DNA of 62,911 nucleotides, filler included, from Octopus bimaculoides (taxonomy: Eukaryota): NCBI RefSeq assembly GCF_001194135.2. It is 6 parts of 6 records of this genome, joined end to end, with 100 filler letters (N's around TTAATTAATTAA, not from the genome) between each part and the next. Parts side by side here need not be neighbours in the genome. Positions count along the whole stretch, not along the records: positions 52,339 to 59,043 come from NC_069001.1; positions 59,144 to 62,911 come from NW_026366363.1; 4 more parts are not named here. The stretch is one strand, 5' to 3'. Both the position numbers and the translations under genes were made by a program. Below, in pieces: positions 54,381-62,911 of this stretch. How positions within the stretch are numbered: position 1 is the first letter of the stretch; each line of letters opens with the position of its first letter. The notes under the pieces are model-generated. The model was not told the DNA's origin, made no database searches, and saw only the letters and a program-made list of their open reading frames with translations.

Positions 54381-54755
54381 NNNNNNNNNNNNNNNNNNNN
54401 NNNNNNNNNNNNNNNNNNNNNNNNNNNNNNNNNNNNNNNNNNNNNNNNNNNNNNNNNNNNNNNNNNNNNNNNNNNNNNNNNNNNNNNNNNNNNNNNNNNN
54501 NNNNNNNNNNNNNNNNNNNNNNNNNNNNNNNNNNNNNNNNNNNNNNNNNNNNNNNNNNNNNNNNNNNNNNNNNNNNNNNNNNNNNNNNNNNNNNNNNNNN
54601 NNNNNNNNNNNNNNNNNNNNNNNNNNNNNNNNNNNNNNNNNNNNNNNNNNNNNNNNNNNNNNNNNNNNNNNNNNNNNNNNNNNNNNNNNNNNNNNNNNNN
54701 NNNNNNNNNNNNNNNNNNNNNNNNNNNNNNNNNNNNNNNNNNNNNNNNNNNNNNN

Positions 54756-54822
<67 letters not shown>

Positions 54823-55509
54823 TAAATAGATAGATAGATATATATGCATACACGCACACAAACACACACATATATATACATATATACATACACACACAAA
54901 CACAAACTCACTCACATATACACATAAGCACATATATACAAATGCCAGAAAACTCCCCACCATTCAGTTAGGTTTTCTTAGGTCGAGTGTCTGACGGAAA
55001 AGCTGTATCGACAAGATGTGACTGCGAAGTGTCATCAAAGACAGTCTATATTAACGCAAGAAACAGACGGACCGACATTCAGACAAACGGGCAAATAAGA
55101 ACAAATAAAAACAAACAAATAAATAAATAAACAACCAGCCCCCCCCCAACAAATAATAAATAAATAAGCAAGTAAATAAACGAAATAAGAAACAAAAATT
55201 AAAATAAGTAGATAATATAAATGTGACAAGAAGCAACGATTGAGGGGGAACAAAAGGTTTGATCCAGGTGACACGCGATCTCCAGTGTTGGGTCGTAGAG
55301 AGGAACTCCAGAAAATGGAATTCTTGCCTGCAATGACAGAATCTCAGTTGCTAACTGTGTCATGCTGTTACTAAGGGCTAAGAACCGCCGTTTCTTCCCC
55401 ACTAGCAGCGTGAATCCACAATGTTTAAATCTTTTGCAACTCTCTCACTCTCACTTCTCCTCCGGTGCCTTGTGGTGTTTGGTAAAAAGGTTTTAGTTAT
55501 ATACAGCTC

Positions 55510-55514
55510 TCTAG

Positions 55515-55546
<32 letters not shown>

Positions 55547-55678
55547 GTTTACTTTGTCGTTTCCTCACTTTCTCTTACTTTTTCTCTGTCACTCTGTCAC
55601 TCTCTCTCACACACTCTCTCTCTCACACTGTCTCACACACTCTCTCTCTCTCACTCTCACTTTCTCCTTATCTTACTT

Positions 55679-55725
<47 letters not shown>

Positions 55726-55985
55726 TTCCCTTCTCCCTCGCTCTCTTCCAATCTCTGTCTTACTTTCTTTCTCTGTGTTTTCTTCTCTCCTCTCTCCCCT
55801 ACCCCTGCCCGTTTGTGTGTGTGTGTGTATGTGTGTATGTGTGAGGGAGAGAGAGAGAGAGAGAAAGAAAGAGAGGGCGAAGGAGAGAGAGGGGGGAAGA
55901 AGGAGAGAAAACAAGAGAGAAGGAGAGTGGAGAGAGAGGGACGGTAGAGAGGGAGAGGAAGAGTAGAGAGGAAGAGGGAGAGTAA
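55510..55985. repeat. (CT)n block, (GT)n, then (GA)n block
   Basis: Direct reading. Confidence 0.85.
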
Positions 55986-56417
55986 GGGTGATAGACGAGG
56001 GGGGGAGGATGAACGGAAGCTGTTTTAACGAATAAGAGACGAGAAAAGGAGCAGACATTATAAATAATACGGAGTTGTATGTATATATATATATATATAG
56101 GGGGCGGTTATTAGGTGGGGGCACAGGCTGGATTGTCTTTATTTCGAGTTTTACCAAACTATTACTGAGAAAAAATAAAGGGAGAGTTATATATTTAGTC
56201 CTAGGTTTGTCCAGATCCAGCAAGTATCTCATCGAATACCTACCAGCTGTGGCCACCGCATTTATATATATATATATATTTTGTTCAGGAAATATTTAAT
56301 TTGATTACAGGATCTAATGGACTTCCTTTTGTGAGACGGCAGTGTGTGATTTGAGCGATATTTGACTTGTGTCTAGCTAATTGAAAGACCAGCATACGAG
56401 CTGTTTTATATGTATTG

Positions 56418-56459
<42 letters not shown>

Positions 56460-56503
56460 CGTGCACACGGATGTATATTATAATTATGGTATGCATGTGT
56501 GTG

Positions 56504-56534
<31 letters not shown>

Positions 56535-56598
56535 GCGTGTGTGTTTGTGTGTCTACGGAGCTAGTAAAGTTAATGTAATAAAGCAGTTCACACACACG

Positions 56599-56641
<43 letters not shown>

Positions 56642-56663
<22 letters not shown>

Positions 56664-56821
56664 CGAGCTTCTTTCAGTTTCCGTCGACCAAATCCACTCA
56701 CAAGGCTTTGGTCGGCCTGAGGCTATAGTAGAAGACACTTGCCCAAAGTGCCACGCAGTGGGACTGAACCCGGAACCATGTGGTTGGTAAGCAAGCTAGT
56801 TACCACACACCCACTCCTGCA
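56642..56821 (-). mobile_element. SINE family A, 5' half
   Basis: Reverse complement of the head and body. Further 3'-half copies lie at about 1975-2235, 25495-25700, 31790-32105 and 52480-52705. Confidence 0.85.
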
Positions 56822-57528
56822 TCCCCCCTCGCGCACACACACACACACATACATACATATAAATATGTTAGTATATACAAATGTATATCTATACATTTAT
56901 ATATAACGATAGATAGATAGATAGACAGACAGACAGAATGCGTTTGGAGGAGCAGTCGGAGGTGAGGTTGCAATAAAGGTGTCAGCAGGAGTGGGAGTAG
57001 TGGTAGAAGGGTGAGTTGACCAGTTGTAAAGAGTATAGAGACCATGAAATATAAAAAAGCCAAAAAAAAAACAGGAATAATAAAGAACTGCAGTGGGAGG
57101 TAGAATGGGAGGCGTGGTAGGAGGAGTCGATATATTTAATGTGTTTTACACGTGAGGAAGAGAGAGAGGAGGAGGAGGGGGAAAATATAAACAGATGTAG
57201 GAACAGCGGTTGGAAGGGGGAGGGTGTTTTGAAGAAGGGGAGAAGTAGTGGATGGAGGTGGGTGGTTTGCAACGGACGGTGGGAACGTGGGAGGGGGTTG
57301 AGAGGTGGGGAATTGATTGATATAAGAAGGGATTGGTCGGAGGGATTGGAAGGACGTAGTTGGCGGAGGGATTGGTGAAAAGGTTTGCAACAAGGACAAC
57401 AACGAAGACTCTGCTACAATATTACGATTAAAAATATAAAATCTAAAAATATAGTAATGTAACAGATAATATTGATATGACAACAATATAACAATGATTC
57501 AACAATATGGACATAGAAATATGAGAAT

Positions 57529-57574
<46 letters not shown>

Positions 57575-57579
<5 letters not shown>

Positions 57580-57798
57580 GTTTCAAATTTGGCCACAAGG
57601 GCGGCAATTTGTTTTGGTGGGGGATGAGTCGTTTATATCGAACACAGTGGTTCACTGGTACTTAATCTGTCGACCCCCGAAAGGATGAAAAACAAAAATC
57701 GATCTCGGCGGAATTTGAACTCAGAACGTGGCGATGGGCGAAATACCGCTAAGCATTTCGTTCGGCGCGCGCTAACGATTCTACCAGCTCGCCGCCTT
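57575..57798 (-). mobile_element. SINE family C
   Basis: Reverse complement matches 9731-9969. Partial or decayed copies lie at about 18970-19100 (+), 29400-29530 (-) and 62150-62370 (+). Confidence 0.8.
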
Positions 57799-57814
57799 AA
57801 CAAGAACAACAATA

Positions 57815-58105
57815 TAGTTGGCTTCTGATCTTAGCTGATTGGAAGTGTTATCATGTACATTGTTTTTGTCTTGGTATAAAAGATGGGCTACAGTAAATAT
57901 TCTGCTTGTCAGTTGTTTGACCTTAAGCAGTTGAGCATGTCCCTTGGTGGCTGACGATATGTGCATCTCTGATCACGAGCAGAAGTAGTGGAGGAGCATC
58001 ATAGCCATGTGTTGAGAGGAGTTCTTTGGAGTTTGGATAATTCACATCTGGAAACATCAGTGTTTCATTCAACACCCTTAAACAACTCAGGGACCTTTTG
58101 AGCGT
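57815..58105. repeat. Interspersed repeat family D, opposite orientation
   Basis: Inverse match to 51490-51762. Confidence 0.6.
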
Positions 58106-58479
58106 AATAATATTATGCACTTTACAACAATTCAGACAATAATGCAACAATATAGACACAAATAATATAGACATAACAACACTATCACAATATTATAGAT
58201 GTAACAATAATTCCAACGAAACAGATATAACAAACCAACAACATCACATAGATATAACAACAATATACCAGCAATATAGGCAACAACAATGCAATATAAC
58301 AATATATATAACAATATAGACAAAACAGAAAACCGTAACAGAATAGACACAACAACGATACAACATATACATAACAATGTTATAAGACTATAGGCATAAC
58401 AACAATGTAGACCAAAAAGAATACGTTATCAGGCATATAAATAAAAAAAAATACAGCATTAATATAGATTCAAAAGCAA

Positions 58480-58940
58480 GAATATGGTGATGATGATGGT
58501 GATGATGATGATGATGATGATGATAACGATGATAATGATGATGGTGGTGGTGGTGGTGATGATGATGAGGTTGATGATGATGAGGAGAAGGAGGAACAGA
58601 GGAAGAGGTAGAAGAGGAGGAGGTAGAAGAGGAGGGGTAGAAGAGGAGGAGGTAGAAGAGGAGGAGGTAGAAGAGGAGGAAGTAGAAGAGGAGGGGTAGA
58701 AGAGGAGGAGGTAGAAGAGGAGGGGTAGAAGAGGAGGGGTAGAAGAGGAGGGGTAGAAGAAGAGGAGGTAGAAGAGGATGAGGTAGAAGAGGAGGACTGT
58801 GATGATGATGATGAGGAGGAGGAGGAGGAGGAGGTAGAGGAGGTAGAGGAGGATTGTGATGATGATAATGATGATGATGCCGATGGTGATGCGGCACTGG
58901 TGATGATATTAAGATGATGATGATGATGATGACGATGACA
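58480..58940. repeat. (GAT)n flanking a 14/15-bp minisatellite GTAGAAGAGGAGG(A)G
   Basis: About 14 units at 58600-58800. Confidence 0.9.
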
Positions 58941-59152
58941 ATGGCAGTGACTTCTACGACGATAAAAGCTGTTTTGTGGTTGCTGCCATAATTGTTGTTT
59001 TTGGTTTGTGTGGTGGCGGTGATGGCGGCGATTGTGATGGTAGNNNNNNNNNNNNNNNNNNNNNNNNNNNNNNNNNNNNNNNNNNNNTTAATTAATTAAN
59101 NNNNNNNNNNNNNNNNNNNNNNNNNNNNNNNNNNNNNNNNNNNTACGTTACC

Positions 59153-59225
59153 GGCCAGCCATGAGACTCGAACTCACATCCCTGTGATTATGCATCAGGT
59201 GCTTTACCATTAAGCTAAACTGCCC
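59153..59225 (-). other. tRNA-like sequence with CAT-centred loop (pseudo-tRNA or SINE head)
   Basis: GGGCAGTTTAGCTTAATGGTAAAGCACCTGATGCATAATCACAGGGATGTGAGTTCGAGTCTCATGGCTGGCC. D and T arms fold; the anticodon stem has a 2-nt insertion and the acceptor stem a mismatch. Confidence 0.5.
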
Positions 59226-59586
59226 AGTATCATCATCATTAACAAGCAACTGGATTTGTACTCTTCCAGTAGACCAGGCTTGCTATTGCTGTCACTTTCT
59301 TTCGTAGATGGTCACAATGTGGTTGTGGCGTTGGTTGCAGATTAGTGGAGGTGACCAAGTCAAGTTTGCCCATATGAACTTGGTGTCTGGGCAAGGATCT
59401 ATTTAACTTACACCCAAACNNNNNNNNNNNNNNNNNNNNNNNNNNNNNNNNNNNNNNNNNNNNNNNNNNNNGAATGAATACTACAAGGTAACTTAAGTAG
59501 AGTTGACCATGTGCATATTTGAACAAGGTCTCTGGTTTGAAAATAATCTCTTCCCTCTCCGCCCTACATACGCACAAATATCTTAA

Positions 59587-59816
59587 CCCTTTTGATACCA
59601 ACCCAGCTGAAACCGCCTCTGGCTCTNNNNNNNNNNNNNNNNNNNNNNNNNNNNNNNNNNNNNNNNNNNNNNNNNNNNNNNNNNNNNNNNNNNNNNNNNN
59701 NNNNNNNNNNNNNNNNNNNNNNNNNNNNNNNNNNNNNNNNNNNNNNNNNNNNNNNNNNNNNNAAAGTAATTGAAAGAAACACAGAGCATTTCAAAATAAA
59801 TACAGTAATGAAGGGG
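59587..59816. mobile_element. piggyBac-like MITE, middle in a gap
   Basis: TTAA|CCCTTT...AAGGGG|TTAA termini, with TTAA at 59583-59586 and 59817-59820. Confidence 0.55.
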
Positions 59817-59961
59817 TTAAAGACCCTGAAAATAGATAACGGGTGCAGGCCATCAACCAATTAAATCATTAAAGTTAACAACAAAAAGAAAAAAATAGTT
59901 CCACAATTCTCAGAATTTATATTCCACTAATTTTTCTGCATTGTTCTGACAATCTCCTCAG

Positions 59962-60052
59962 AATTTGGTCTTAGCAGATTCCGGCATCTATCGTTGTAAT
60001 GCTAGCAACAAGTATGGAATGGTTTCAGCAACAAGGACACTTATAGTTCGAT
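59962..60052 (+). CDS. Nrg: Exon: C-terminal half of an Ig domain (L1-family Ig5-like)
   Basis: ctcctcag|AAT...CGA T|gtgagt, 91 nt, phase 0 to 1. Translates NLVLADSGIYRCNASNKYGMVSATRTLIVR (D-x-G-x-Y-x-C motif). An in-frame TGA just upstream supports the acceptor. Confidence 0.85.
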
Positions 60053-62698
60053 GTGAGTATATTTATTTGTCACTTATTTCCTTCCCACCCATCTGTCTAG
60101 GATGTTACTAGCTAACACGGGCACTCCAATGTCTGCAAGAGCCATATTTCACTTTGTATGTCTACTCCAGGATGCTGATGGAGAACTGCTCCTTATTTAT
60201 ACATAAACCATGCATCTTTGCAGACAAGACAAAATTTAAACACTTTCCAGTAGATTTGTTGGTGTGTAAAGGGGAAGATGCAAAACTCACATGTGTTGTN
60301 NNNNNNNNNTAGATTTGTTGGTGTGTAAAGGGGAAGATGCAAAACTCACATGTGTTGTCATGACTGACCCTATGCAGATTGACAATCTGCATGTTGTTTG
60401 GTTCAAGGATGATGATATCATAGCCATTGATGAGAAGAGAATCATCCAGAAGCCCAAAGNNNNNNNNNNGATGATATCATAGCCATTGATGAGAAGAGAA
60501 TCATCCAGAAGCCCAAAGACAATTCATTGATCATCAGGAGTGTAAAACAAAGGGATGCTGGCCTCTATTCATGTGTGGCCACAAATGGATTGGATTTTAT
60601 CAAAGCGTTTGCCCGTCTCCAAGTAAGAGGTAGGTTCATTTTACATGTATGTGTGCCATTCTCCCACTCTCCAGTTGTCACCTATGTCTGTGTTCCCCAG
60701 GATTCAATTCTAACTATGAGACTGGTCCTTCAATAAAGTAACAGATACGGATGGTGATTAGCTAGGAGTGTAATTTGCAGTCACAAGTTTCTGAGTTCAA
60801 TCTCTCTGTAAGGTATCTTGGACAAGAAACATATATATATANNNNNNNNNNTATATATATATGTTTCTTGTCCAAGATACCTTACAGAGAGATTGAACTC
60901 ATATATATGCATATGTATGTATAAATATATATATGCATATAAATGTATGTATATATGTAAAAAAAAAATTAGTGAAAAGAGTTGAGAAAAATTTTTTCCA
61001 AAATTCCATGTGAAATATATGGAAAAGAAGGAAAATGCACAAAAATGTTATGTTGGGAAAAATATATTTATGAAATAAAAAATATTTACATAGTCAACCA
61101 GTTTCGCTTCTACTCTTCATAATGAAGTAGTTAATGTTAATGTTATAATTTCATGCTATCATAAGTTGTCATTCTACATCAGTAGATCAGATATTTTGTA
61201 AGACACAGACACACGCACACACACACGGATGTATATACATACACACAAACATAATTCATATTTCATTGCAGTCAAGATAAGAATTGAAGTCTCTCCATCG
61301 AATCTGGAGGTGAACAAAGAGGCAGATGCAAAGTTCATGTGTGCTGCCACAACTGACTCCATGGAGGTCAACAACCTGCAGATCACATGGCTGAAGGATG
61401 ATAAGGTCATAGACATTGATGAGGAAAGAGTCATCCAGAATTACAAAACTGGTTCATTGACCATCAGGAATGTAACCAGAAATGATGTTGGCCGCTATAC
61501 ATGTGTGGCCACAAATGGATTGAATGTTGTCAATGCCTCAGCCCTTCTCACAATCAAAGGTAAGCTCATTTTGTTCACCCACACACATATATAAGCATCA
61601 GCTTAAAAGTTCATGGGCTGACCAAGATAAATGANNNNNNNNNNNNNNNNNNNNNNNNNNNNNNNNNNNNNNNNNNNNNNNNNNNNNNNNNNNNNNNNNN
61701 NNNNNNNNNNNNNNNNNNNNNNNNNNNNNNNNNNNNNNNTCCTGTTGCTTAAAAATGTCAGCAAAAGCAAATATGAAGTTGATCAAGAGCAGATTTGGTG
61801 TCATCACTGCAATACTAGTTTCCAGCAAAGAGTTTCTTCATTTTGGGGAATGGATGATTGTCAAATGGGGCTTATATTCAGAATAGGGATGGTGATCAAC
61901 TATTCCAAAACCACAGTGATGCACAGCAGCCATTGAAAGTAAGGACTTGTGTGCAGGGGAATTGTCTTAATAAAACAAGAGCACTTTTGTTAGTTTTCCT
62001 AGGAGTTTGGTCTTCATAGCCCTTCATAACTGCCTCATGTATGCATATGTATGAAAGTTTGAGTGTGTGTATGTTTGTGTCTCATTCTCTTGTTATCATG
62101 TGATTGTTGCAAATGAAAGTTGATCATTTCTTCCATTTTACAAAAACATAAGGTGACAAGCTGGCTGAACTGTGAGAACACTGAACAAAATACTTAGCAG
62201 TATTTCGTCCTTTACATTCTAAGTCCAAATTCTACCAAGGTTGACTTGGCCTATCATCAACGAGTCCAGAGTCAATAAAAAAAAAATGACCAGTTAAGTA
62301 ATGGGGCCGATATAACTGATTAGTTCCCTCTCCTCAAAAAGTAATGGCCCTGTGCTGAAATTTGAAAATATATTTGGCAAAACCATGTCTTGCTACCTAT
62401 AGAGAAATATTACTTTATTTGGAAATAGGTGAGTGCTGGCAACAGGAAGAGCATCCAGCTATGGAAATTCTGCCTTAATAAACTATGTTTGACTCATGCA
62501 AGCATGAGGCATGGGTCTTATGATGCTGCTGCTGATTAGATATGATGATTATGTGTGTGTATGATAGTGATGCTCTTCTCTTTCAGTTACAGGTACCCAG
62601 CCACCTGTGATGTTAATCAACCTACCTGCCCAGGTACTGTTTAAAGAGTCAGAGATTGTGGCACTTCCATGCAAGGCCAGTGGTGAACCACAACCTAC
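59962..62698 (+). CDS. Nrg: Partial L1/neuroglian-family Ig cell adhesion gene, join(59962..60052,60224..60629,61272..61559,62587..62698); 5' and 3' exons not seen
   Basis: Four segments with canonical AG/GT boundaries and compatible phases translate without stops into I-set Ig domains. Motifs match L1-family Ig5, Ig6, Ig6 and Ig1. The symbol is family-level; orthology is not established. Confidence 0.8.
60224..60629 (+). CDS. Nrg: Exon: complete Ig domain, Ig6-like copy A (true length 288 nt)
   Basis: ttgcag|AC...AGA G|gtaggt. Removing two 10-N gaps and their 49-bp duplicated overlaps gives (Y)KTKFKHFPVDLLVCKGEDAKLTCVVMTDPMQIDNLHVVWFKDDDIIAIDEKRIIQKPKDNSLIIRSVKQRDAGLYSCVATNGLDFIKAFARLQVR, with the canonical C...W...Y-x-C. 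Confidence 0.85.
61272..61559 (+). CDS. Nrg: Exon: complete Ig domain, Ig6-like copy B
   Basis: ttgcag|TC...AAA G|gtaagc, 288 nt, phase 1-1. Translates (V)KIRIEVSPSNLEVNKEADAKFMCAATTDSMEVNNLQITWLKDDKVIDIDEERVIQNYKTGSLTIRNVTRNDVGRYTCVATNGLNVVNASALLTIK. Confidence 0.9.
62587..62698 (+). CDS. Nrg: Exon: N-terminal half of an Ig domain (L1-family Ig1-like)
   Basis: ctctttcag|TT...CCT AC|gtaagt, phase 1 to 2. Translates (V)TGTQPPVMLINLPAQVLFKESEIVALPCKASGEPQPT. A second in-frame acceptor at 62592 gives a 106-nt exon. Confidence 0.8.
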
Positions 62699-62911
62699 GT
62701 AAGTATTGTTGTTTGAGTGTAGTGGGGGTGGTGTAGTCGTGTGATTGTGGTGGTGGCAGTGTGGACATGATAATTTTGTGGTGTGCAGATATGTGGTGGT
62801 GTAGTGGAAGGAGATGCTGTAGGGAGAAGGGTTTTATGAAAAGTATTACACCTTCTTTCTCTCCTTCTTTCCCTTTCTTTCTCAGCACATATATATATAT
62901 ATATATATATA

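Noticed and set aside
842-54963. Long ORFs in the track that span N runs
   Set aside because: They are open only because N codons are not stops; the flanks are microsatellite translations.
316-57798. tRNA genes at SINE heads; CRISPR-like arrays
   Set aside because: The heads run into SINE bodies and do not form full cloverleaves. No constant-repeat/unique-spacer array exists and the DNA is eukaryotic.
11664-59143. Five TTAATTAATTAA motifs inside N runs, resembling a spaced repeat system
   Set aside because: Each is exactly 44N+12+44N; this is an artificial six-frame stop spacer from scaffolding.
59472-59493. Possible donor (tacaag|gtaact) for the missing Ig5 first-half exon
   Set aside because: The in-phase peptide NEYYK does not resemble the expected L-x-I strand, and upstream sequence is in a gap.
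60251-60518. Apparent internal tandem duplications and frameshifts making exon A a pseudo-exon
   Set aside because: They are exact 49-bp overlaps around 10-N gaps; removing them restores a clean 288-nt frame.
60793-60900. Perfect 49-bp inverted repeat between the two Ig6 exons, a tempting splicing-control hairpin
   Set aside because: The arms are exactly 49 bp around a 10-N gap at an (AT)n palindrome, the same signature as the overlap artefacts in exon A.
61740-61944. 101-aa ORF and strong donor (aaa|gtaagg) between exon B and the Ig1-like exon, a candidate leader or linker exon
   Set aside because: There are stops in the phase-compatible frames and no signal-peptide character. GMVINYSKTTVMH looks more like a decayed LINE RT remnant.

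Overview
AT-rich, microsatellite-saturated eukaryotic DNA, about a fifth of it N gaps. The SINE, LINE and MITE content suggests an octopus or related coleoid genome (inference, no search run). Five 100-bp spacers (44N-TTAATTAATTAA-44N) mark artificial scaffold joins, so adjacency across them is uncertain. Positions 1-59 kb contain no recognisable host exon. They hold many copies of tRNA-derived SINEs, decayed CR1, RTE, R4/Dong and Penelope retroelements, Tc1/mariner and Academ-like DNA transposon relics, several inverted-repeat elements, a few CpG-rich unique islands and long simple repeats. The only supportable host gene is at 59.96-62.70 kb (+): four GT-AG exons of an L1/neuroglian-family Ig cell-adhesion gene. 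Their order is unusual: end of Ig5, Ig6 copy A, Ig6 copy B (both 288 nt, phase 1-1, 44/96 aa identical), then an Ig1-type half exon where fibronectin-III is expected. This points to a concatenated or cassette-type Ig array. Secondary points of interest are a hammerhead-like motif with a non-canonical core, a mariner built from two left ends, and a 0.9-kb foldback element.
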